A stretch of DNA of 62,756 nt, the filler included, from Chrysochromulina tobinii (lineage: Eukaryota): assembly GCA_001275005.1 (NCBI GenBank). It is 4 parts of 4 records of this genome, joined end to end, with 100 filler letters (N's around TTAATTAATTAA, not from the genome) between each part and the next. Parts side by side here need not be neighbours in the genome. Positions count along the whole stretch, not along the records: positions 1 to 27,465 come from JWZX01001017.1; 3 more parts are not named here. One strand, written 5' to 3'. A program made the position numbers and the translations under genes. Shown one piece after another: positions 9,547 to 19,100 of this stretch (position 1 is its first letter; each line of letters opens with the position of its first letter). A model generated the notes under the pieces. The model saw only the letters and a program-made list of their open reading frames with translations, did no database searches and was not told where the DNA came from.

Positions 9547-10935
9547 ATGAGCAGCACGGTTATGTATGGGGAGGTGGCGTCGGCCGTGGCACCAGCTGTC
9601 TCCGCCACCATTGCGCCATCAGCGTCACAAGCGCTGCATCCGTGGGGCGCCATCATCGCCACGTACCATGCCGGCGCCAGTGCTGGCGCACACGAGCGCG
9701 CAGCTCCCGAGTCGTCCTGCGCTGTGCTGTTGCGGACGGCAACGTACGGCTACGACTGGCGCGATACGACCATCAACCTGATCGTGCTCGGCATCTGCGT
9801 AGGCGCCTTCTGTGCGGCCAGTGCGGTGGGTGAGCTGACCTTCAGCGCGCTCTTCTGGGTTCCGCTGGCCGGACTGGTCTCAGCGCTCCAGTGCATCGTG
9901 ACGGTGCTGGCGGAGCAACAGGGCTTCTCTCTCGTGTGGGCGGTGCTGGGCGGGCTGATGGCGTACGAGGAGGCGTGCCATCACGTCTTCTCGCGCGCAG
10001 GAGTCGGCGTCGCCGCAGTCGCGCTCGCCGCAGCCGCAGCCGGCGGGCTCGCCGTCGTCTACTACGCCATAGAGGAGCTGTTGTGGTTCAACGTGCCCAA
10101 AGGTGGCGAGCGGTGCCCCGCGCTGTGCTGGTACCGCACAGGCACGACGATGCTGCATTTGGCCATGTTTGGCCTCGGCGCCCTCGTTGGGCTCGCTGCC
10201 GATTCGCACGCCGAGCGCACCTTGCCTTTTTGGGTCGTCGTTGGCCTTGCGGGCGCTGCCGGCTTGGCGCTTTTTTGTGTCTTACGGCGCCTGCGGTGGC
10301 TGCGCCGCTGTTGTGGCTTGGCGAGAGTGGCGCCGAGCGACGAGCCCGCGAGCAGCTATTCGGATCAGGAGCTTGCGATCGCTTTACTGCAGGCGCAGCT
10401 CCTGCAATGCCGCGACCAACTCGGTAGAGCGACAGCAGCCGCGGCAGCGGCAGCGGGGGGCGCGGCGGCGGCGGCGGAGAAGGAGGGCGCCGCCGCTAAG
10501 CGCGTGAACGTCGAGGCGCAGGACGTGAGCAGACCCGCGCTAGATCCGGCAGATGCGGCAGATGCGGCACGTGCGGCGCATACGGCGCGTGCGGCGGCGC
10601 CAGCGACAGCGAAGGTGGCAGCAGCGGCGGCGGTGGCCGTGGCGGCAACGGCGGCGGCGGCGGCGGCGGCGGCAGAAGCCAATGAGGCGGCGGCGGCGGA
10701 GATGAAGGCGCAGGAGAAGATTGAAGAGTTGCGCAAGCGAGAGTTGCTGCTGCTCGAGCATATCGCCGAACACGTCGGCCAGCTTGGAGATGTGCCCGCC
10801 TGCACGGCGATGTGCTCGAGCTCGCCGAGCTCGAGTACCGGTACATCTCATCAACAACCAGCTACCCGGGGGGGATACGCTGCCGCCCCGGCAAAGCCAA
10901 CGGCGCAGGTTAGATTCATTAATGTCGTGCCATGA
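9547..10935 (+). CDS. Multi-pass membrane protein (about 6 TM) with Ala-rich coiled-coil C-terminus, unknown function
   Basis: Long ORF with several hydrophobic helices followed by a coiled coil; first in-frame ATG at 9547. Confidence 0.6.
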   Translation: MSSTVMYGEVASAVAPAVSATIAPSASQALHPWGAIIATYHAGASAGAHERAAPESSCAVLLRTATYGYDWRDTTINLIVLGICVGAFCAASAVGELTFSALFWVPLAGLVSALQCIVTVLAEQQGFSLVWAVLGGLMAYEEACHHVFSRAGVGVAAVALAAAAAGGLAVVYYAIEELLWFNVPKGGERCPALCWYRTGTTMLHLAMFGLGALVGLAADSHAERTLPFWVVVGLAGAAGLALFCVLRRLRWLRRCCGLARVAPSDEPASSYSDQELAIALLQAQLLQCRDQLGRATAAAAAAAGGAAAAAEKEGAAAKRVNVEAQDVSRPALDPADAADAARAAHTARAAAPATAKVAAAAAVAVAATAAAAAAAAEANEAAAAEMKAQEKIEELRKRELLLLEHIAEHVGQLGDVPACTAMCSSSPSSSTGTSHQQPATRGGYAAAPAKPTAQVRFINVVP

Positions 10936-11242
10936 GTTTTGGGGCGGCGCACAGGAACGCACTGGTCACTGTGCCCTACTAGAGGAGACCAGTGCACTTC
11001 TATCGGTTACTTCGTTATCGGACCGGGGGAGTGAAACGTCACGAAACTGCACCGATTGTTTCGGCGACTCGGACTGAGTGTGAGGAGACTTGCAAGACCG
11101 CGACGTCCGGTCGGGTGTGATCACAGGACAAGAGTGTCGGCCGGGAATTCCTATGAAGTCGAGCGAGTCAACCGAAGTCCTTCGTGTTAACGTTCACAGC
11201 CAATGTTCACACACCAAACACCCCTCCCTCCTTGCTTGATCG

Positions 11243-12931
11243 ATGCGAGAGCCACTCCTGTTCGATGCGCTGCCGAGCACCTCATGTGCCCTTGTCGCCG
11301 AGCAGCTGTCACAGCTCAAGCTGAACGCCACGCGCTGGTTATCGGCAGCTGCGACACCAAGAACGCCGCTCGAGGAAGCTGCAGCGGCCATTTTCTCGTT
11401 TCACACAAGGAGCATGAGTTTTGACGCTTCGCAGTCGGGCGCAGAGTTCTGGGTGCAGTCGCACCTTGAGAGCAAATCGATTGGCGTGCCATTGCACCGT
11501 GACTTTGACCTGGGAGCCCTCGAGGCTGAAGGTCGCACTGACCTCTTTCCAGCGGTCTCCACGATAACCTATTTCAGCAGCAGTCCGTCCATGCCTACAA
11601 TCCTTCTCACCAACTTTACGCAAGGCAAGACGGTGCGCGACTCGGTCGCACGCGAGGCGTGGGCCGTCTTTCCTCGCGCGGGCAAGCATCTAGCCTTCGC
11701 CGGCTCCGCGTGGCATGGAGTGGCACCTCCTCTTCTCTGGTCAGCCGGTGTGACCACTCCTACCCAGCTGGCACGCCCTGGACAGTTGCGAGTGACGCTG
11801 CTGGTCAACATTTGGCTGGATCACGTGCCATTAGGTGCTGCCCAGCGAGAGCGCGAGCGTACCTCTCAGCGGCAGAAGGCGTCCGCGGTGGCTGACGACC
11901 TCATCTTGATCCCGACCCTTAATCTAGTCGAGAACAACGACCCAAAGGACCACGAACGATGGGTGCTTACGACGGCGCGTGTGTGGACGCACGAGGTTGG
12001 CATCTCCCCAAGCGAGGCTGGAATCTCCCCAAGCGAGGTCGGAATCTCCCCGAGCCCGAGCCTCGCTGACGAAGTCTTTTCCGGGCCCGCCAAAGCGGCC
12101 GTGGTGCAGCGCGAAGCGGCGCTCGCTTTGGTCATGGACCGGGCAGCGTGCACAGGAGCCAAGCTATGGTTTCCGGAGCTCATGGCAACGGCCCGTGGCT
12201 CCGCAGTGGCGCGGAAGGTGACTTTCACAGAGGAGGGGCGTCGTTTGGAATCGGTGAGTGGCCTGTGCATGAGTCTCGAGCCGACTGCCCATGCAGCTGC
12301 GCCGTCCGAAGAAGCCATCCAAGCCGCCTTGGTGCAGGCAGAGGCTGACTATGCAGAGGCCCTCGCGATGCGTTCGACCGATATGGCCGCATCCATGGCA
12401 CTGATCCAGCGCGCCGCGGCGGGCGGGCATGCTGAGGCACAGTCGGTGATGGGATTGGCTTATGCCCAGGGCCACGGCGGAGTCGCTGCCGATCTGGAGA
12501 AGGCAGTGCACTTCTGTCGCGCGGCCGCCCTTCAAGACCATGCCGAGGCGACTTACAATCTGGTCGCCCTGTGCAACGCCCGCCCCGGCTGCCTCGAGGC
12601 TCAGAGCTCTGAACAGGCGATCGGATGGCTGCGGCAAGCTGCGACCCAAGGGCACGCGGCGGCGGCGTACGAGGCGGCCCAGCTGCTCTTGCTGCACGCC
12701 CCCGGGGAGCTGCAGGGCGCCCTTGAGCTCTTCCTCATCGGAGCCCGGGCCGGACATGCCCGCGCCCAGTACAACGCTGCGTCCCTGCTGCATGAGATGG
12801 GCTCCCTCGACGAGGCGCTCGTTTGGTTTGGCCGAGCGGCGGAGCAGAACGATGACGCCAAGGTAGCGGCCGACGCCCAAACCGCGCTGGAGGTGCTCAA
12901 AGCGAATCCCATGTTGAAGGGGGAGTTGTAG
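11243..12931 (+). CDS. 2OG-Fe(II) oxygenase-like domain fused to Sel1/TPR repeats
   Basis: GAEFWVQ..LHRDFD (HxD)..PAVSTITYF..WHGV..RVTLLVNIW; C-terminal AAAGGHAEAQ, AALQDHAEATYNL, AATQGHAAAAY and GHARAQYN Sel1-like repeats. Confidence 0.75.
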   Translation: MREPLLFDALPSTSCALVAEQLSQLKLNATRWLSAAATPRTPLEEAAAAIFSFHTRSMSFDASQSGAEFWVQSHLESKSIGVPLHRDFDLGALEAEGRTDLFPAVSTITYFSSSPSMPTILLTNFTQGKTVRDSVAREAWAVFPRAGKHLAFAGSAWHGVAPPLLWSAGVTTPTQLARPGQLRVTLLVNIWLDHVPLGAAQRERERTSQRQKASAVADDLILIPTLNLVENNDPKDHERWVLTTARVWTHEVGISPSEAGISPSEVGISPSPSLADEVFSGPAKAAVVQREAALALVMDRAACTGAKLWFPELMATARGSAVARKVTFTEEGRRLESVSGLCMSLEPTAHAAAPSEEAIQAALVQAEADYAEALAMRSTDMAASMALIQRAAAGGHAEAQSVMGLAYAQGHGGVAADLEKAVHFCRAAALQDHAEATYNLVALCNARPGCLEAQSSEQAIGWLRQAATQGHAAAAYEAAQLLLLHAPGELQGALELFLIGARAGHARAQYNAASLLHEMGSLDEALVWFGRAAEQNDDAKVAADAQTALEVLKANPMLKGEL

Positions 12932-13117
12932 AGAGAGCACTGTGGACGGGGCCATCGGGACGGCGGGGCGAGAGCACTGTGTGAAAATAATTCAACTTAA
13001 ACACCGCCTCCCAAAGAAAATTGGGACGAAACCTCGTTCACAACAGGTACCGGTACCGGTAGCTCGCGTCAGCGCGTTCACGGGATCTAACTCGGATCGG
13101 CTACCGTCCGAAAAGGC

Positions 13118-16100
13118 ATGTCTAAGCAGTCCATTACGTCGCTTCAGGCTCTGTGGGTGACCGCGAGCAGCGACCAGGAGCCAGAAGCGTACTTGAAGGC
13201 ATTCGTGACCGGCCAGCGCTCGGACGGCTCGCTCCGGTGCACCACCCAAGGCCGGAGTCCAGGCGAGAGGATCTGCAGGTTGCACGTGGATGCGTGGCCA
13301 CGAATTGCGGACAGCGCTTCTATGGGAGAGGAGCCATCCGATCTGACAGAGCTTCCCCTTCTTCACAAGCCCGCCCTGCTAAACTGCCTTCGTCGGCGGT
13401 TGGAGCAAGACCACGCCTTTGGCACGTGGCTCGGCCGAGACTCGTTGCTCTGGCTCAACCCATGCGGACCGACGCCAGAGCTGTGGACGGCGAAGCGCAT
13501 GCGTATCGCGGCGGCGGCGGCCGAGGCGGACGATGGTAGCCCGCCCGATGCCCACTGCTACTCGCTCGGCGAGCGAGCGCTCCGCGCTGCGCTCGGGCGT
13601 AGCGGCACTGGCGCCGCTGCCGGCAAGGAGACGCTCGCTCGATCACAGGCAGTGCTTGTGCACGGAGCGCAGGGCGCTGGCCAGCCTGAGGTCTTCGTGC
13701 TACTGGCCTCTTATTGGCTCTGGCGCACGACTGACCCGTACGGCCGCGCCGCCGGCGTGCTCGCAGGCGGAGCTGGTGGCAGTGGCAGTAGCAAACTCGT
13801 CAGCAGCAAACTCGGTGGCAGTGGCAACGGCGGCGATGCAGCGGCACTTCTCGCGGCAGGCGAGGCGGTGCTGCAGGCTTTCGGCAGCGCGCGCTCGCGC
13901 CAGTTTGCAAGCACGCCCCGCTTTGGCCGGTGCCTGCGCTTGCGCCTCGACGCACAGAATGGCTCGACCGTCTCGATCACGGTCTCTGCATTTGGTCTCG
14001 AAGCTTCCCGCGTGTGCGAGGCGGCTAGCGAGGCGGAGGGCAATTTCCATGCGTACTATGCCGTGCTGCACCAGGCGTCGCTGCGCCATGGCGCACCGCT
14101 CGCCACGGACGCCGAGAGGAAGCCCATGGCTGCCGGATCTCGCAGCGTCTGCGCACCTCCTCGTGACTTTGCGATGCTGCGCTCGTGCGCGGCGGCGGCC
14201 GACGGTGCGCGGCGTGGCCCGGAAGACCTTGAGCGCCTGCGCGATGCGCTCGGGACGGCGGCGCTCGGCTTGAGCGGCAGGGAGATCTCGCATCTGTGGT
14301 GCCTGCTCGAAGGGATGCTGCATCTGAGCAACCTCGTCTTCGTCGACGAGGCGGCGGAGGAGTATGTCGACGAGCACGCGAAGGCCTCTATCTCCTCCGT
14401 CGAGCTGCACAGATGTGCGGCACTCCTCGGCCTGCCGTCGCTGCATGCGCTGCTGTGGGAGGCCGAGGTGCGCTCGATGACGAAACTGCCGTCGCCGCCG
14501 CTCTCGCAGCTGCAGCCGCCACCGCAGCAGCCGCCGCCGAGGGCGTCGTCGCCCTCGGCGCTCGCGGCGGTGCGTCGGACGGCGGCGCAGGCGGCCACGG
14601 TGCGCCGGGCGCTGATGGAGGAGATCCATGCGCATGTCTTCCAGCTGCTCAACGGCCGGCTGAATGCGGCACTCGCACGGCTCCTCTCCAAGCACCAGGC
14701 TGGAGGCCGCAATGCTGGCACTGCGCCGGGGCCGCCGTCGGGCGTCGCGAGCACGGAGCTCCTGCTCCTCTCACCTCCGCCCTCGGAGATCTTGCCGGTG
14801 AACGGCCTGCACCAGCTGTGCTCGCAGTACGCGTCCGAGCGCCTGCACGCCCTCTTCGTGAGCACCACACTCGTGGCAGAGCAGCGTCGCTACCTGGACG
14901 AGTGCGTCGGGTGGACGGAAGTACCCCTTCCCGACACGCGCGCGCTGCTGTCGCTGCTCGATGGGCGCGTCGAGATTGAACCCCTCGCACCCCTCCCCCC
15001 ATCACCAAGCCGCCGCGCGGCGCTCACGGCCGAGGGAACAGACGGCGCCGCCAGCAGTGTCGGCGGCAGCACTGGGATGGGCGGCGGCAACGGCGGCACG
15101 CCACTGCTCGCGCTGCTTGAGCTGCACTCTCGCGCGGTTCCGTCAAGCTCAATAGCCGATGAGGCCACGAACGCCGCACTGCTCACCAGCGAGCTGCATC
15201 GCAAGCACCCTAGCTCCGCTGCTCTGGCGCACCACACCGCCTCTTCCTTCGTGGTGCACCACACGGCTGGTTCCGTGCTCTACGACGCACGCGCCCTGCT
15301 CAGTTCGGGCCGGGGCTCGGGCCTGCCGTACACTGCCAAGCTCCATTTTCTGGAGTCGTCCAATCTCCTCGTCAAGCAGATTGGCGAAGCCTTCCTCCCC
15401 GGGGCCGCGGCAGTCGGCGGTACGGCCGCCGATGGCAGCAGCCTGGGCGGCGCGGGTGGCATCGGCGGTGTCGCCAGGCGTGCCGTTCGCTCGGTTGCGG
15501 CGAATTTCGTGCACGAGCTGCGTGAGATTTTGCACTCCTGCGAGCTCTACGAGCTGCGCCACCTGCTCTGTGTGGTCCCCAACGGCTCCGAGGTTCCCCA
15601 CACGTTCGAGCCACGCGTCGTGCTCCGTCAGCTCGATGCGTTGGCGGTGCCCTCGGCGGCCTACCTGTTGGCCAACGGCTACCCTGTGAAGCTACCGCTG
15701 CTCGCCGTCACTGGCCGTCTGCGCGCGGCCGCGCCGCCTTCATGGGCGGCTCTCGCTCCTCGTGGTTTCGTGCAGGCTATCTTCACAGCATGCGGGCTGC
15801 GCTTCGGCCGCCACTATCAGCTCGGGCGCACATGCGCGCTCGTGCGCACGCAGCCGCGCTGGGGCGGGCGCAAGCTGTACGCGCAGGTGCTTGCGCTGCT
15901 TGCGCTGCCCGAGACGGCGCTCAAGGCGGAGCTCGCTCAGCTGCATCTAAAGTCGTCACGGCTCACGCTATATGCGACGACCATCTTCACCTACTGGGCG
16001 CGCCGTTGGGTTCGAGCCCATCGCGACGCACCCAACAGACCGTATCGGGCGATGCGGGCCGTACCGGTACCTGGCGCGGCGAGACCCTCCCCGAAGACGG

Positions 16101-19100
16101 AGCCATTGCGTCCCGGCCCACCCCCGATGACGCCTGCGGCGCACCTCGAGGCTTCACACCTCCATTCACACCTCGAGGCTTCTGCGCCCCGTGGAGCGCC
16201 CCAGACGCTCGCGGATGGCGAGTCATTGGCTTCTCAGCCCCGTACCCGAGCAGCCGTTGCAGCCGAACCAACCATGTCGGCGGAGGCGTGCCGTCTGCAG
16301 CAGCAGATGGCGCGACAAGAGTACGAGGATGCGGCAGTCTCCGAGGCGAGGGATGCACGCACGGGCCGGGCAGCCGCGCCCAGCCTCACCCTTGCCGCCG
16401 TCGAGGGACTAGTCGACACGGCCATGCGCGCGAGTGCCGCTTGTCCGCCAGCGTGGGCGCGCGACCCCCCGCTCGGGCACGCTCGCTGCGCTCTCGTGCG
16501 TCCGGACGCGTCGGGTGGCATGGTGCACACAGCAGCGCGCTCGCCGGAGCGCCACCACTTGCATCGGCCTGCGGCTCTTCACTGGAGCCCTAGCTGTGAA
16601 GATCTCGAGGCCGATCTGGCCGGTGGTCTGGCAACAGAGGGGAGCAGCACCCCCGCTCGCTCCATGGTGCTCGCGGTCGCTTCGAGGGCAAGCCGAGCGC
16701 TCGCATTCGGAAGCCGCGCTCCCACGAATGCGAGCGCTCCTACGAATGCGAGCGCTCCTACGGCGGCGGCGCTCGCCGTGAGCAGCCGCTCGACGCGGCC
16801 GGCGCCCTCGCCGCCACCCTCGCCGCCGGCGTCGGGTGGGGGGTGGGCCGGCGGCGGGTGGTTCGCTGGAACGATCCGCACCCTCGTCGAGTTCATCGAT
16901 GGCCCGTCGGGTGTTGGTGAGCCTGACCAGCTGTACCACCATCACAGCCACCACTCTCGCTACCACCACCACCATGGCTCCCCTCACCACCACCGGCACC
17001 GGCATCGGTGCCGCGACGGGCTCGCGCACGAGCAACTGTACGAGCGCACTCCGCGCGGCGCGAGCCACCACGCGAGCCATCACGAGCTCCTCGAGGACGT
17101 CCTGCATCGTCGCGAGCAGCAGCAGCAGCAGCACGGCGCGGCTTGGCTGCGGTCGCCACCGTCGGTGGCGTTCGCCGACTGGGACGGCGACGAGGAGGCC
17201 ATCCGACTGGATGACGAGGAGGCGGTACCGGTAATACAAGGAGCCTGGCACTCGGCCGGTAATACCGGTACTACGCTGGCCGGCTCGAAGTCGTGGGCGC
17301 CATGGTGGGCGACAACGATGGACCCGCGCCATGGTGAGCGCCATGGTGAGCGCCGGGGCGTGCCCGAGCGCTACCCCCTCCACCGAGACGGCGCCTCGGC
17401 TGCGGGCGAAACGCCCGCCGCTAAGGTCGCGCCGCGTCGGGCGTCGTCGGTGCAGGCGGACGGCCGAGGTCGACCTCGAGGTCACGGTCACCCTCGAGGC
17501 TCCATCCGGCTCTACCCGGCCGCGTGGGAGGATGAGGAAGAGGACGACGTGGAGGACGTCGTCGAGGGCAGCAAGGCGGTCGCCTTGGAACAGCTCCGTC
17601 CGGACTATTGCGGCGCGAGAAGCGCGGTCGACTCCATTGGCGTCGCTCAAGAGTGGCAGCCGGTCTCCACCAACGACGCCGCCGACCTGTCGCCACCCGG
17701 CTCACCGCCCAAGCGGTCAGTGCGAGGCCGGATCGGGCGCGCGGCGGGAGGCGAGGCGGCAGATGTGCGCACGCTCGCGGCGACGCTGCGCGCGTGGGAT
17801 CGTCCAACTCTCGTTGGAGCCCACCTGCCGGCCCTCGTGGCTCTCTCTGACGCGCCCAAGGCGATCGCTCTCTCCGCGCTGCTGCCTTCTCGCACGCTCA
17901 CCAGCCTGACGCTGCGTGATTGCCAGCTTGGTGAGCGATGCGCCCTCGCCATCGGCCAACTGCTCGCGATGGGCGTGCCGCTCGCCTTCCTCGACCTGCG
18001 CGGCAACGCGATCGGTGAGCGCGGCCTCGCCGCAGTCTCGTCCGGCATCCAAGAAGGAGTGCCCCTTGCAGAGCTCAAGCTCGTGCATGCCATGCCGCAC
18101 CCTTTCTCGGAGGCGGCGCTCGACTGTCTGCATGCTGCCGCGAGCCGCTGCACCGTGCTCATCTCCATTCACCTCGGGGAGGTGAGCACGGCTGCGGCCG
18201 GGAGCGGCGGATCCCTCGCCAAATTGCAGCGCGCGCTGCTGCTCAACGTGGAGGCGGCCTCTGCTGCCTCGCGCCCCGCGATGGCATGGGGGCACGAATC
18301 ATTCACATGCACAGCCAACGGGGACACGGACGTTCACGCCCTCGCACCGTCGACCGAACTCGAGCCCTTGCCGATGCCCTCGCCCCCGCCCTCACCGCCC
18401 AACGTGGCGCAACAGTCGGGTGAGTCGGCCGACTCTGTTGCCGCGCCGCTGGCGGCGCCAAACGGCTGTGAACGTTCACACCCGGCGCCAAACGGCTGTG
18501 AACGTTCACACCCGGCGCCAAACGGCCCACGCCCAACGGCCCAATTCGCCCCCGCCACGGTGCCCGTGGGCGCACTGAGCGCTGACGCCTCGGCGGACAA
18601 GCCAAGCACGCTCGGCGGACAAGCCGATGGGCTGTCGAGCGTGCTTGGCGCGCTCGCACGCGGGGGTCTGCGGACTCTCAAGCTGACGCACGACGCCGCC
18701 GCCGCGCGAGCGCCGCCCGCTCGGCAGATCGAGCTGCTGCGCGCTCTGTCCAACTGCCGCACGTTGCGTATCGCGCAGCTCGTCAATGTTGGACTGGGAG
18801 ATAGCTGGGGCTTTGCGCTCGCGGCGGCGCTGCCACGGCTGCGCTCGCTGCGCATCCTTGACGTCTCCTACAACCACATCGGTTCGGGCGCCGCGCGTGC
18901 CATCGCCGTGGCCCTGCCTTCGAACCACTCGCTGGTCTGGTGTCAGGTGCTGCCGCAGTGGCTCCCCCTAGACCGTGCTGCCGAGCTCGCCTTGGGCGCC
19001 GCCCTCGCGCCGCGCCGTATCAAGCTCGACCTGCACGTGCGCGCGGCCAAGGGCGTCGTGTCGGCGGGGGGGGACGTTGGTGAGCCATCCGTGCGCTTCG

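Noticed and set aside
3386..12931. Biosynthetic gene cluster (hydrolases, methyltransferase, oxygenase)
   Set aside because: No scaffold-forming enzyme, mixed orientations, and the methyltransferase is of the protein-lysine type.
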